Notes under the pieces: model-generated | Databases searched by the model: none | What the model was told of the DNA's origin: nothing | What the model saw: only the letters and a program-made list of their open reading frames with translations | Origin: Fistulifera solaris | Lineage: Eukaryota | Assembly: GCA_030295235.1 (NCBI GenBank) | Contig: AP026157.1 | Location: forward strand, 62,001 to 126,000 | Length of the DNA: 64,000 nucleotides | Direction: 5' to 3' | In this document: positions 1 through 11,749 of the stretch, piece by piece | Position numbering within the stretch: position 1 is the first letter of the stretch | Layout of the letters: the number at the start of each line of letters is the position of its first letter | Position numbers and translations under genes: made by a program

Positions 1-303
1 GGCGGAGCGACGTACACACGTTATTTGGTGACATATCCCTCGTGACTATAACCTGAGGCTCAATCCCACGAGCTACATTCCGCCGTAATATTTCTTCCTG
101 CATGAATTGTACCTAGACGAAAAGAACTAGCTAAAACTGGGTTCTTGAATTGCGGAGAGTTTGCTCTCCGGAAGAGCAGTAGTCCTTCCATGAAAACAGA
201 TCGTCCCATCAAAGTAGAAAAAGCAAGGCGCTAAAGGTATTTGTTTGTGTCTAAGAGTAATTTGGTTCCTAAAAATAAACCTCGACTTTCGTCTTTCAAA
301 AAG

Positions 304-815
304 TCACTCGATGACACCTTTCGTCTGCGTTTCTGACTTCGGTTAATTGGTGACGTCGTGGGATCGTCCCCCACTTCGCAAAAGCCTTCCAGTTGAACTG
401 CCTACAAGAGTGCCGTGCGCTGAAAGTCGTACGAAGCGCTGTTTAATAAGGTAGATGATACCAAGCATGATCGCTACCATTGCGTTGCTACCACCAAACC
501 CTCAGAACCTTGATAGAAGCGGTTGAGCGCCTACAACTGATCAATAAATAGCCCATCCATGTAAATATCACCTCTCTCATTCATCACAGTGACTTTTCGG
601 TTTTTAGATAGCAACTTCCGAAGAAGGGTAAAGGAAGGACCACCGAACACGTAGTGTTCGTCGTCAACACTGATATTTAACGTACGAAGGAATTTGTGAT
701 CTTCAATGCCCTCAAAAAGCATCCAGCAGTGCATGGTCCATCGAAAATTGTCAGGGTCTGTTACCAAATCAAGGACCTGCAGATTTCTATCGGCGAGTGC
801 GGTGCTCACAAGCTC
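304..815 (-). pseudogene. Array family copy 1: 3' fragment with in-frame stops
   Basis: ORF 531-809 (DRNLQVLDL...DHKFLRTL...DGLFIDQL) continues past a TAG as ALNRFYQGS...*RSCLVSSTLLNSASYDFQRTALL* and ends in QKRRRK. The 5' two-thirds are missing and the fragment starts ~90 bp from the stop of copy 2. Confidence 0.8.
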
Positions 816-899
816 ATTTTACGTCGGATATTTGCCGTATCTCGCATGTATGTCGTATGTCGTTCTATCTTGTACTTTGCTCAATTCACGAAAATATCT

Positions 900-2441
900 T
901 TAACCCAATGAACGCGTTCGCTTTCGACCTTGTCTCGACGGTTTAAGAGCGTAAGCCCCCAAATCAACATCTGCATCGACAAGCGAATATTGAACGGATT
1001 CACACAGTAAATCGAGGTGATCGGATAACAGCAGAGCGGAGCGCTGCAGATCGTTTCGTGAGTTCTTCAGTAAAGCAGTCGCCACCAACGACAATCGCTC
1101 CGAGGGTGGCTCTGCAACAAGCCCCACCGAGCCCCGATAAAATCGATTAAGGGAATAATGTGCATTGATCATCAATCCATTGGTAAAAATTTGATCGTCG
1201 AAATTCATCACTACGACATTTCGGTTGTGACTTAGGAGCTGCCGAAGACGATCAAAGTTAGGACCGAACGCTAATTCTTTATCCTTCACGTCGAGTTTTA
1301 CTATGCGAAGACCCTTGTGATCTCGTAAGCCTGTCAAGAGTGTCGATATGTGCCAGTCCCAATCTAGACGCCCTTCATCCACACACAAATCCAAAACTTC
1401 TAAGCTTTCATTGGCAAGAACGACGCGGATAAGTTCTTCCACGATTCTTTTAGATAAGTCGACGGTTTCCCAAGTTTTGAAACTGATATGCAACTCTCTC
1501 AAATGCCTCAAATCAGCGAGACGTCGGAGAAACGCGATCACTGGCTCAGCTGCAAATAACTTCGTGTCATGCTGGGCGGGATCAATAATCATTATAAAAA
1601 GCTTTTCGGCTTTAATGTCAATGTCACCAGTTAGAGCAGTATCCAGTGAAGCTGCGCTAAGACAAAAGTCAAGGGAATTTGTTTTAGCAGCCAAAAACTG
1701 ACGAGTAATATCATCTGAGGCTTCCCTGAGAGGTATCTCTAAATGTTCGATGGCGTCAATTTGAAAGAGTCGTTGCAAATTGTTTTCATTGAGAGCATTT
1801 GTAAAGGGAAAATTGAGCGAGCCGAACGATGATTGCCGAGTTTCGAGCACACTCACAAAAGCAGTTCCCTGGTCTGAAAACGTACAATCCTGTAAAACGA
1901 TCGAAGTAGCACGAGGACGAGCGGCTATCACAGCCGACTGCTCGGCACTCAGCGCAATGTCTTGAAAATCGATCGTCGAGGACGATGAACACGCCTCGAA
2001 AAACTGCGAGAAACACTGCGGTCCAGCCGCCGAAAGATCCAACATGTTGCGACGCGAATAGGCAGTTAGAGAGCAGCATTTGTCCGTCGGTTGTACTAAG
2101 CCGAGGAAGAAGGCAGCTGATTCCGCTATTGCTTCGTCTGTTTTTCCAGCATTGTACAACTGAAGACCGATAGTATCAAACTGGAAGACCAGACCTCTCC
2201 CTATGCGACTCGGCCAGGCGTCTACACCGTGAGGTACAACATAAGTCAGCGTCTCATTTTCTCGCCAAATGGCTATTTGGTGATTATATTGGTTGAGTTC
2301 TTGTAGATTCTTAGGAGTACGAAGGAGCGTAAAAGTAAGTTCGTTTCCTGATTGACTCCAGCACGGTTCCTGCTCGCGCTTGCGAAGGAAATTCGGAATT
2401 ACGCCAAATAATAAGCTTGGGTCAGCGCTGCTATCAGTCAT
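900..2441 (-). CDS. Array family copy 2, intact 513-aa uncharacterised protein with RNI/LRR-like C-terminal half
   Basis: Uninterrupted ORF with all family motifs (AIWRENETLTYV, AESAAFF, CTFSDQGTAFV..RQSSFGSL, LEVLDL, LNRFYRGS, QRSALLL) and a basic tail RQGRKRTR. Confidence 0.85.
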   Translation of the reverse strand: MTDSSADPSLLFGVIPNFLRKREQEPCWSQSGNELTFTLLRTPKNLQELNQYNHQIAIWRENETLTYVVPHGVDAWPSRIGRGLVFQFDTIGLQLYNAGKTDEAIAESAAFFLGLVQPTDKCCSLTAYSRRNMLDLSAAGPQCFSQFFEACSSSSTIDFQDIALSAEQSAVIAARPRATSIVLQDCTFSDQGTAFVSVLETRQSSFGSLNFPFTNALNENNLQRLFQIDAIEHLEIPLREASDDITRQFLAAKTNSLDFCLSAASLDTALTGDIDIKAEKLFIMIIDPAQHDTKLFAAEPVIAFLRRLADLRHLRELHISFKTWETVDLSKRIVEELIRVVLANESLEVLDLCVDEGRLDWDWHISTLLTGLRDHKGLRIVKLDVKDKELAFGPNFDRLRQLLSHNRNVVVMNFDDQIFTNGLMINAHYSLNRFYRGSVGLVAEPPSERLSLVATALLKNSRNDLQRSALLLSDHLDLLCESVQYSLVDADVDLGAYALKPSRQGRKRTRSLG

Positions 2442-2900
2442 TGTATCTTTGGGATGAGTTTATTAGAAGACAACCTTGCGAAAAGGATATTGCGATTATA
2501 ACTCGTCGCGTGGCGCTCGCATCGTCATCGTCGTCACATCATACGCGGCGCTCTTTGCGCATTCTCGTCCTTGTCTTTGCGAGCCTCTTGCATTTATTTG
2601 GAGTCGTCGTCGACGCAGGCTCCGGGACTGAAGTTCAATCTTGCCAGTTAATTTTTCGGCTATGTATACAAAAGCGTTTACACTCCCGAGTAGAGTGCAC
2701 CTAATCTGATCATATCTGTCAACAATGCAAACAACAACAACGTTGCGATCTTCAAAAGACCCTTCGGCATGTTTTTGCTCATTTTTCTTTGCTTTAATTT
2801 TCATTTTGATAAAAAAATCAATTGATGACTGATGACTAGTTACCTACTCTAATTCTATTTATTACACATAAAGTACTACTCAAGCCTATGGGACGCAACA

Positions 2901-4549
2901 TCAGAATTCGTAGAGAACATTATCATACTTCATTCTTTTGTGGCTGCGATAAAGAGAAGCCTCCGATGTCGATTCCCCTGCCACATGATGCGAACTAGAA
3001 AAGGTATCAAGATTTTCTTGAAGGATCTCGCAAAGCATATCGGTGTGGGTCACTAGCAATGTTGCAGTACGCTGGTAGTGTTCCGACGCGGTTTCGGTCA
3101 TCGCGGTAGTAACAAGTGAAGTTCGCACGGAAGGAGGCTCTTTTCCCAATTCCGTTGATGTACGATAGAAGCGGTCCCGGTAGATTTTGCCAATCTTTCC
3201 GGTAAAGCATCGTCTTCCGGTTTGATCGTACACGCTGATATTCTGATTGCGGGTCAGCAGCTGCACCAGCGAGACATCCATACTGTCGGACCAGCAGCAT
3301 TTCGTTCGAAAGGACAGCAGCGATTCGTGTCGTTCCATGGCTCGGTATACGTTTACCAGCCATGGAGTCCATTCAAATGATGATCGGGCATTATCGAACA
3401 GACTGAAACGCTTCAATCGAGGGTTCGCATGTATTACTGCGACGAGTGCCAGAACAATACGGTGCAGCATGTCCCGGTAGTAATCCCATGAGGAGCGCTC
3501 GAGAGAAAGATCAAGTCGCTCCAAGTGACTGAACTGAGCCAGTCGATTGAGAAAAGTTATGACATAGCGATGCCAGTCGTCTCCCTTGAGATCATCCAGG
3601 TTGAGTGTAATCGTCAGTTCTCTCGGGACGATCTGCAATGACGCAAGAGAGACGACGCCAAAGTTTTGGCGCCAATCTCATAATGAAGCGCGTTGGTCAT
3701 GGCGAACGGAAGAAGGGCACATTCTTTCTCAGGAATCGGGCCGACACCCAATGTTTCAAATACATGGAGTCTCAAAATGCGTTCCAAGTATTCGGGACGG
3801 ATCGGCATCTCGTCATTGTCGCACGCAAAGCGGTCGTACGTAATGAACAGTGACCCAAAGGAAGATTGTCGTCTCTCTAACGCCTCAACAAAGGCTCTTC
3901 CACCATCTTGAAAAGCAAACATTATTCGGTCCTGGGCAAAGGAAACTTTCTTCGGTTCACGCTGCGTTACAAACTTCAAGTGAATCGAATACGGTCGTGT
4001 CGCTAACGCTTCGGCTTGTCCTGCACTCCAGATGCCCTTGTGTATTTCAAAAGCACGCTGCGGATTGGCATCCAAGATAGCTACCAGTTGTTCCGGTTGC
4101 AGGGCCGTACAGTCGAATAACTGTTCGGGGTTGTAACTGAAAAAGGTACCGACAGCGAGACGTGGATCGCGGTCTCTTGATTGAGACAGCGACCAGAAAA
4201 AGGTTGCTGTTTCGGCAACCGCAGCATCCGTTTTGCCGTAAATGGCGCATTGGAGCGTCTTTTGTATGTCACTACTCCGAATCTCAAAGCAAACATTGCG
4301 TTCCTCGTACAACAAATGAGCCGAAGGCCCTACACTGATGAGCGTCCCGTTCTCACGCCAAATTGTGATATTCTTACGGCGATAGAGTTCCCAGTCAATG
4401 TCGTGCAAGCATCGCGGTTCTTTGAGCATTCGGAAAAGAACAAACTGTCGTGCCTCAGAAACGACATGGGACGAAAGGACGCTTGTTCGGGCGACAGTTC
4501 ATCGAAGGGGATGATTTCGAGCATGTTGTTTTCTCTTCCATCGCTCCAT
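2901..4549 (-). CDS. Array family copy 3, divergent subfamily (frameshifted)
   Basis: ORFs 4330-4524, 3614-4429 and 2901-3638 join into one family protein (LEIIPFDELSPEQ, IWRENGTLISV, AVAETATFFWSL, FQDGGRAFVEALERRQSSFGSL, RFYRTS, YQRTATLL, HKRMK). Probable ATG at 4549; several indels. Confidence 0.75.
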
Positions 4550-4744
4550 TTCGAGTCGTTAGCCGATCAAGTTGCGATTGTTTGAAATGTGAAAGATAAT
4601 AATGAAGGCAATTATACGACAGTGATCAAGAATTGAGAAATTCAATAAGCCATGCTTTGAGGCAGCAAAAATGTCATCGACGGCATTTTTTCTTTTTGTA
4701 CGGAGTATTTTTTACTTTTTACGGATCGAGACAATTCTTCCCAT

Positions 4745-5777
4745 CCCCAGATTTTCTGGAAAATTGTTCAACTGTTGGTCCAAATTTTCTGGACAGAGAA
4801 GATTCCTCTTCCCAGATTTTCTGGAAATTTGAATATACTGTTGGTCCAGATTTTCTGGACCAGAGAAGATTCCCCCTTCCCAGATTTTCTGGATTATTGA
4901 AGATACTGTTGGTCCAGATTTTCTGGACCAGAGAAGATTCCCCCTTCCCAGATTTTCTGGATTATTGAAGATACTGTTGGTCCAGATTTTCTGGACCAGA
5001 GAAGATTCCCCCTTCCCAGATTTTCTGGATTATTGAAGATACTGTTGGTCCAGATTTTCTGGACCAGAGAAGAATGCCTTCTCACAGATTTTCTGGAAAA
5101 TTGAAAATACTGTTGGTCCAGATTTTCTGGACCAGAGAAGATTCCCCCTTCCCAGATTTTCTGGATTATTGAAGATACTGTTGGTCCAGATTTTCTGGAC
5201 CAGAGAAGATTCCCCCTTCCCAGATTTTCTGGATTATTGAAAATACTGCTGGTCCAGATTTTCTGGACCAGAGAAGAATGCCTTCTCACAGATTTTCTGG
5301 AAAATTGAAAATACTGCTGGTCCAGATTTTCTGGACAAGAGAAGAGTCCCCCTCTCACAGATTTTCTGGAAACTTGAATATACTGTTGGTCCAGATTTTC
5401 TGGACCAGAGAAGAATGCCTTCTCACAGATTTTCTGGAAATTTGAATATACTGTTGGTCCAGATTTTCTGGACCAGAGAAGAGTCCCCACTCGCAGATTT
5501 TCTGGATTATTGAAGATACTGTTGGTCCAGATTTTCTGGATCAGAAAAGATTCCCGTCACCCAGATTTTCTGGTAGATTGAAGATACTAATGGTCCAGAT
5601 TTTCTGGACCAGAGAAGAATGCCTTCTCACAGATTTTCTGGAAAAATGAAGATACTGTTGGTCCAGATTTTCTGGACCAGATAAGAATGCCTTCTCACAG
5701 ATTTTCTGGAAACGTGAAGATACTGTGGTCCAGATTTTCTGGACCGAAAAAATTCCCATTCTCCAGATTTTCTGGAG
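4745..5777. repeat. Minisatellite: ~30 copies of the 14-bp palindromic core CCAGATTTTCTGGA at 34-bp period, forming a 68-bp higher-order unit
   Basis: Cores start at e.g. 4880, 4914 and 4948. They are separated by alternating ~20-bp linkers of type A (TTATTGAAGATACTGTTGGT) and type B (CCAGAGAAGATTCCCCCTTC or CCAGAGAAGAATGCCTTCTC). Confidence 0.97.
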
Positions 5778-6017
5778 CAGTGAAAATACTTGCGCTGCCG
5801 AATAATGAAGGATGACGTTCAAGTAGGGACTGGATCTTCGTCTTAATCGACATCCAGAACTAACTTCATTCGATGAAGAATCAGGCAGAAGTGAAGTGAA
5901 GAGTTTTGGATATTATTAACCATAAATAACACAGCCTATTTTAAACACAAAGGACACGTACAGTCTATTCATTTATAATAAAATATAAGCTTTTATTAAC
6001 GCCAAGTTACAGTTCTT

Positions 6018-7485
6018 TCATATCAGTTGCGAGTCATCCCAAGCCGTAACAGCAACAAGCTCACATAATGCATCAGCATGATGTGCTAGCACAAGAGATG
6101 ATCTCTGAAAGTCGCCCGCCGCTCTCTCTATCAAGGCGGCTACCACGAGCGATGATCGCACGGAAGCTTCCTCCGCTCCAAGACGCACAGATCCACAATA
6201 GAACCAGTTCAATTTGAAAAGAGCATCTATACGGGGTCCATCCGAATAGGCATATCCTTCATTATCCTCCATTCCAATGTATCGATTATGATTGAGTAAG
6301 CGAAGAAGATGGACGTAGTCGTGACCGAATGCCTCTTCTGGGTAGTCGACCTTGATCTTCAAAGTCTCTAGTTTTGGGTGGTCTTTGAGACCTTCAAACA
6401 GCGTCACGAAGTGCGAATCCCACGGCATTTCGTCGTCAGTGGTAAATAGGTCGAGATAAAAGAGGTCCTTGTTCGCCAAGACCGTCCGGATCAGTTCGTT
6501 CGCCACACAAGCCGGTATGTCATCATAGTTACGAAGAGGGAAGCTAATTTTCAGCTTTTCAAAATGCCCCAATTCTGCAATGCGTCGGAGAAGAGAAAGC
6601 ACCGGTTCTGTTGGAAATTCTTTTCGCTAGTGTAGATCGCGAGATAGAGATTGGTAGCCTGAATATTCAGTGATTCGAAAGTAGTATCCAAGGAAGATAT
6701 CTCCAAGCAGCAAGTAAGCGAATAGAATTTTGAAGACAACGTCATTAACGTAAGGTCGTCATTATTCAGCCAGGGCACTCGTAAAGCATCTATCACTTCG
6801 AGCTGCAAAAGGCGCTTCAGGTTATACTCATTGAGAGCCAAGGAGCCTGCAAATGCTAACGAGCTGAAGTTGTCGAATTTTCGATGGGCCAGCGTATCGA
6901 CGAATTTTTTACCACTATCTTCGAAAATACAGGACTTGAGCGTCAGAAAAAGGGATGCAGCTTGGTTGCGAGAACCTCCGACTGCTCTATGCTCAACGTC
7001 ATGTTTCGAAAGGTTACATCCCGTCCTGGATTCATTTCAAACAGTCGAGATAAACATTGCGACCCCGCTGTACGAAAATCGAACTTACGTTCTCCATTGA
7101 GGGTGCACACACAAATGGAGGATCCACCGTCGCTCGGTTTCTCTAAACTCATAAAATAGGCGGCCGTTTCTGCCCTGGCTTGTTCCGAATCGCCTACGAT
7201 GTAAAAGATAGGTCCATCGTCATAGAAAGCCACGCACAAATAATCGTTAACATCCGGGCGATTCGGGTTATGCGATGGCGAAACATACGTATGAGTATTA
7301 TTCTCTCTCCAAATCGCCCTTCCGTACGCAAAACTGTTCAGTTCCTGCAGACTCATCGGATCTCGCAGCAGAGTATACGAAGACAAAATTCCCGATTTTT
7401 TCCAGTGGGCGAGCTGGGTCATCCAGTTCGGATTGAGTTGAAGGAGAGCGCCGATGTTCTCATCCTCGTCATAGTAATAGTGCGT
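6018..7485 (-). pseudogene. Array family copy 4 (start codon lost, several frameshifts)
   Basis: ORFs 6943-7578, 6551-6841 and 6018-6602 carry consecutive family motifs. The N-terminus begins at YYYDEDENIGALL with no ATG of its own. Confidence 0.75.
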
Positions 7486-7487
7486 CC

Positions 7488-7936
7488 AACTCAAACAATC
7501 GAGATAAACAATGAGGCCCCGCGGCACGGAAATCGAAGTCACTTTCGTCACTCGAAACACCAACGGAAAAATAATCATCCGTAGGTTTCATTATATTGAT
7601 GAAATACGCCGCCGTTTCCGTTATTGCTGCTTCCGTGTTTCCCGCAATGTACAGAATAGGACCGTGGTTGTAAAATGCCACGCAAAAGAATTCAGGTACA
7701 ATTGAATAATCGCGGTTCTGGGACGGCGAAACATACGTGACAGTCCGATTTTCCCGCCATATCGCTTTTCCGAAAGGAAATTCGTTCAGTTCCTGTACAC
7801 TCAGCGGATCTCGAAGCAATCGATACGTCGGCTCAATTCCCAACCTTTCCCAGCGGGCCGTCTGCCAGTGTATATTCAATTCTTGAAGTAGTGCGCCGCT
7901 GTTTCCTTGCTCGTCCGAGTCGTCATCAAACGACAT
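7488..7936 (-). pseudogene. Array family copy 5: N-terminal fragment fused onto copy 4
   Basis: MSFDDDSDEQ...PTYRLLRDP...AIWRENRTVTYV...DFRAAGPHCLSRLFELD, then an abrupt junction into the N-terminus of copy 4. Confidence 0.8.
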
Positions 7937-8459
7937 GATGCCTGTTTAACTGATTAAGATTCGATGCATAACAAGGCGAAAAACAAAGTCAATAGAGTCG
8001 ATATCATCAACAGAGCAAAACGAGAAAAAATGCGCGAGCATTTTCACTATCATACAAAATGTATTGGTAACATCCCGTGACACAATCGAATGCAGTCCCG
8101 CATAATATTGTTGCGACCATTCGTTGCTGATGCAATCTTGACATCTGGCATCATTTATTGGCTCTCTTTTCTATAGATCTCACAAGCTTCCACGATGCTA
8201 GCGTACTTTTCGATCATTTTGTGGCTTGTGGCCGCATGAGAACGTATTGTTTTGACGCAATGGTTCCGATGCATCGCACTAGTTGCTACTGAAATTGGGG
8301 TCACAACTATATATTATATGAACTAGGGAATATAAAAATCCTTTGAACGACTTCACAAAAACATCATACATTCATTTTAATTACATCGTACAATCTTCTT
8401 TTCCGTTTCAAAAGACAGTGCCCAGAACCATGAAATTATTACTGATCAACGAAGCAAAT

Positions 8460-9956
8460 CATTTCTTCGTCTCTTTCGACTTGCGGTGGGCATTGTTTTA
8501 TCGCCGTCATCCATTTCGACAGCAAACGCAAGAAGTTCACACAACACATCCGCATGATGTGCTAGCGAAAGAGCGGATCGCTGAAAATTGTAAGCGGCAC
8601 TTCTCATTAAGACACTTGCCATCAACGGTGATCGTAGCGAAGGCGGCTCGGTCCCAAGACGCTCTACGCCACAATGAAATCAGTTCAATTTGTAAAGCGC
8701 ATCGATCCGTGGCCCGTCTGTATAGACATATCCATCGGAGTCCTTTACTTCAATGTATTTGTTGTATTGAATTAGCTGCTGGAGACGAAAATAGTTGGGA
8801 CCAAACGCTTCCTCTTCATTGTCAACGGTGATTTTTAACGTATGAAGCTCTTTGTGACCTCTGATTCCTTCAAACAGCTTCCCAACATGCAAATTCCACG
8901 TCAGATCGTCCTCAAGCGTACAAAGATCCAGAACCTTTAATTTTTTATTAGCAAGAGCAGCGCCGACAAGTTCTTCCACAACGCAGTCAGGTATTTCAAT
9001 ACCGTCTTTATGAAATAAAAACTGTAATTTCAATTCCACCAAATGGCCCAATTTTGCCAAACATTGAAACAGGGACAGTGCGGCTTCCGTTGGAAATGCG
9101 TCCAAGTTGCTGGAGATCGAGAGATACAGTTTTTACTGGTAACAATATTCAGAGATTCAAAATCCGAGTCCATGGATGAAATGGACAAGCAACAGTCCAA
9201 TGATTTCACTTTTGCAGAGAAGGAAAGACGAGTGACTTCGTCGCTAAGCAAGGGCAAGTCCAAATGATGAATGACATCAACTTGAAAGAGACGCTTCAGA
9301 TTGTCATCGCTGATATCCATGTAGAAGTTATCTCGAAACTTCAACGAGCCAAACATCGATCTTCGGGTTGAAAGTGCATCAACAAATGCAGTGCCTTGAT
9401 CCTCGAACCCACAATCTTTGAAAGTCAGCTTCAAAGGATATGATTGTGTCGCTAAAACCGCAGATTGCTCCGCACTCAGCGTCAACCCTACTAAAATAAC
9501 GACGCGAGGTGGACTGATCGCAAACAATCGAGACAAGCACTGCGGCCCAGCGGCGCAAAAATCCAATTGACCGACGCCAATATTGTCGATACAGATAAAA
9601 TCATTATCATGATAGCGAGCATCCTTTAGATCCACAAACAATGCGGCTGTTTCGGCAACGGCATCGTCGGATTTACCAACAATGTAAAACGTAGGATCGT
9701 CGTCATGAAACGTCAAACACAGGTATTTAGGAAAGCAATGCGGCATGTCATGATTTCGGCAAGTTGAAATGTATGTGAGAGTCCCATTGTCCCTCCAGAT
9801 GGCAAAAACACGTCCGTAGTGTGCAAACTCTTGTAGATCGCGAGGATCGCGAAGCAGCTTGTACGTCGGAGAAACACCCGTATCCCAGCATGCCAGCTGT
9901 TCGGGTGTGCGAGAACTATACGGAATAAGTTCTAGAAACGAGTCTTCGTTCTGCAT
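8460..9956 (-). CDS. Array family copy 6 (frameshifted, degraded 3' end)
   Basis: ORF 9030-10001 (probable start MQNEDSFLELIP at 9956) and ORF 8680-9105, followed by a broken C-terminal segment (FQRSAL..HHADVLCELL). Confidence 0.75.
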
Positions 9957-10218
9957 GGCGCCTAGTAGACTAAAACGAAAGAGAATATCACTTTGGCGCA
10001 CATCGAAATGAAGTTAAAAATAAATGATGCGACAAAAAATAATGTCCCTGCGCTCGATCTTTATAAACTAAGGTTAACGCTACCTACGCGAGCAAACTAA
10101 AGCTTATATCGACGATAGTAACTTAACTTTGAAGTGTTTATGGCATCTTTATCATTACTAAAAGACTCAGCACCTTCAGAGTTGTCTGTCATTTATCTTC
10201 ATGGTGTCGTGGCTACAG

Positions 10219-11716
10219 CTATCTTCTACGTTTTCGGTCTTGATTCGACGGTAATAGGGAACCGTCATCATCAGGCCCCGAGTCGACAATAGCAAAATGA
10301 ACAAGCTCGCACAACATGTCTGCATGATTCGCTAATAAAATATGCGACAAATGAAAGTCATTCGAAGCTGCTTCCATTAACGTGGTCGCCACTAAGGATG
10401 GGCGTATTGAGGGTGGCTCCATCTCTAGATCAATCGAGTCGCAGAAAAAACAGTTGAGACGATAGAGCCGTTCGATTCGGGGTGTATCGATATAAATTCT
10501 TTCTTTGTCATCCATTACTCCAATGTATCGGTTGTGAATCAATAATCGTTCCAGATGGATACAGTTGGGACCGAATGCCTCGGGTTTTTCTACAGCAAGT
10601 TTTAATCTATACAGTGCAGGGTGATCTTTGAGCCCTTCGAAGAGTCTCGAAAAGTGCGAGTCCCACTTCACATCGTCATCTTCATCCGTATAAAGATCTA
10701 GAACTTGTAAGCTCTTGTTCGCGAAAACAGTTCGAATCAGTTCTTCCGCAATGCAGTCCGGTATTTCATCAAAACTTTCAATAGGGAATCTGACTTTCAA
10801 GTACACAAAATGACCCAACTGAGCAAGGCGTTGCAAGAAAGCAAGGGTGGGTTCAATGGGAAAACCCCCGTACCAGGAGCCGATGTTCACAGAAAGTCGT
10901 TTCGTCCAGACTTCTAACGATTCATAGTTAGAGCCCTCGGGCGACACGTCCAAATGGCAATCGAGAGAGTTCACCTTTGCAGAAAAAGCCTGCAATTGAA
11001 GGACATTATTGTCTAGAGAGGGCAAACTCAGATAGTTAAGCACGTTGAGTTGAAAGAGCCGCTGTAGGTTGTTGTCATCTAGGGAAGCTGGATACTCTAA
11101 TCTTAAAGAGCCGTACGACAATTTGCGCTTTGCAAGTGCATTCACAAACGCGGTGCCCCCATCCTCAAACTTGCAACCCCTGAACATCAAGTCCATAGGA
11201 TCCGGCATCGTGGCTAACACCTACGACTGCTCCACGCTGAGAGTCATGTACTCCAATGAGACTGTCCGTGAAGGGTCTATCTCAAATAAACGCGACAAAC
11301 ATTGAGGCCCAGCGGCTCGGAAATCAAAGTCATCGTCATCACTGCGCAGACACACGGAAGATTTGCCATCGATGGATTGCTCCAAGCTCATAAAATAGGC
11401 CGCCGTCTCTGCCGCAGCGTTCTCGGTAGTACCAACAATGTGCAGCGTCGGGCCATTGTCGTAGTAAGCAACGCGAAAGCAGCGATACTCGCGCGGTTGG
11501 TTGCGATTCTTATGTGCTGCAACATACGTCAGAGTCCCGTTCTCCCGTCAAATGGTGTATCCCGCCACCCGTTTTAATTCTTGCAAATGGAGGGGATCGC
11601 GAAGCAGACCGCACGTCGGCGAAGATCCGTCCGCGAGCCGATGAGTGTACCAGGTACGTTGGAATGATTCTGGGCAACGGATCGACGTCTTCATCGGAAC
11701 CGTAGTCGAAAGACAT
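10219..11716 (-). pseudogene. Array family copy 7 (5' part frameshifted, TAG at ~11221)
   Basis: MSFDYGSDED start at 11716 with a broken N-terminal region. ORF 10219-11220 gives 333 aa of family C-terminus ending QDRKRRR. Confidence 0.75.
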
Positions 11717-11749
11717 TATTTTGCTATATTCGCGAGCTTAGCAATGTTA

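Noticed and set aside
4745..5777. CRISPR array (palindromic repeat plus fixed-length spacers)
   Set aside because: The spacers are not unique but alternate between two related classes, the repeat is only 14 bp, there are no cas genes and the context is eukaryotic.
4633..5822. ORFs 4633-4968, 4894-5490 and 5541-5822 as repeat proteins
   Set aside because: They are translations of the 68-bp unit cycling through all three frames, with no ATG-led gene structure.
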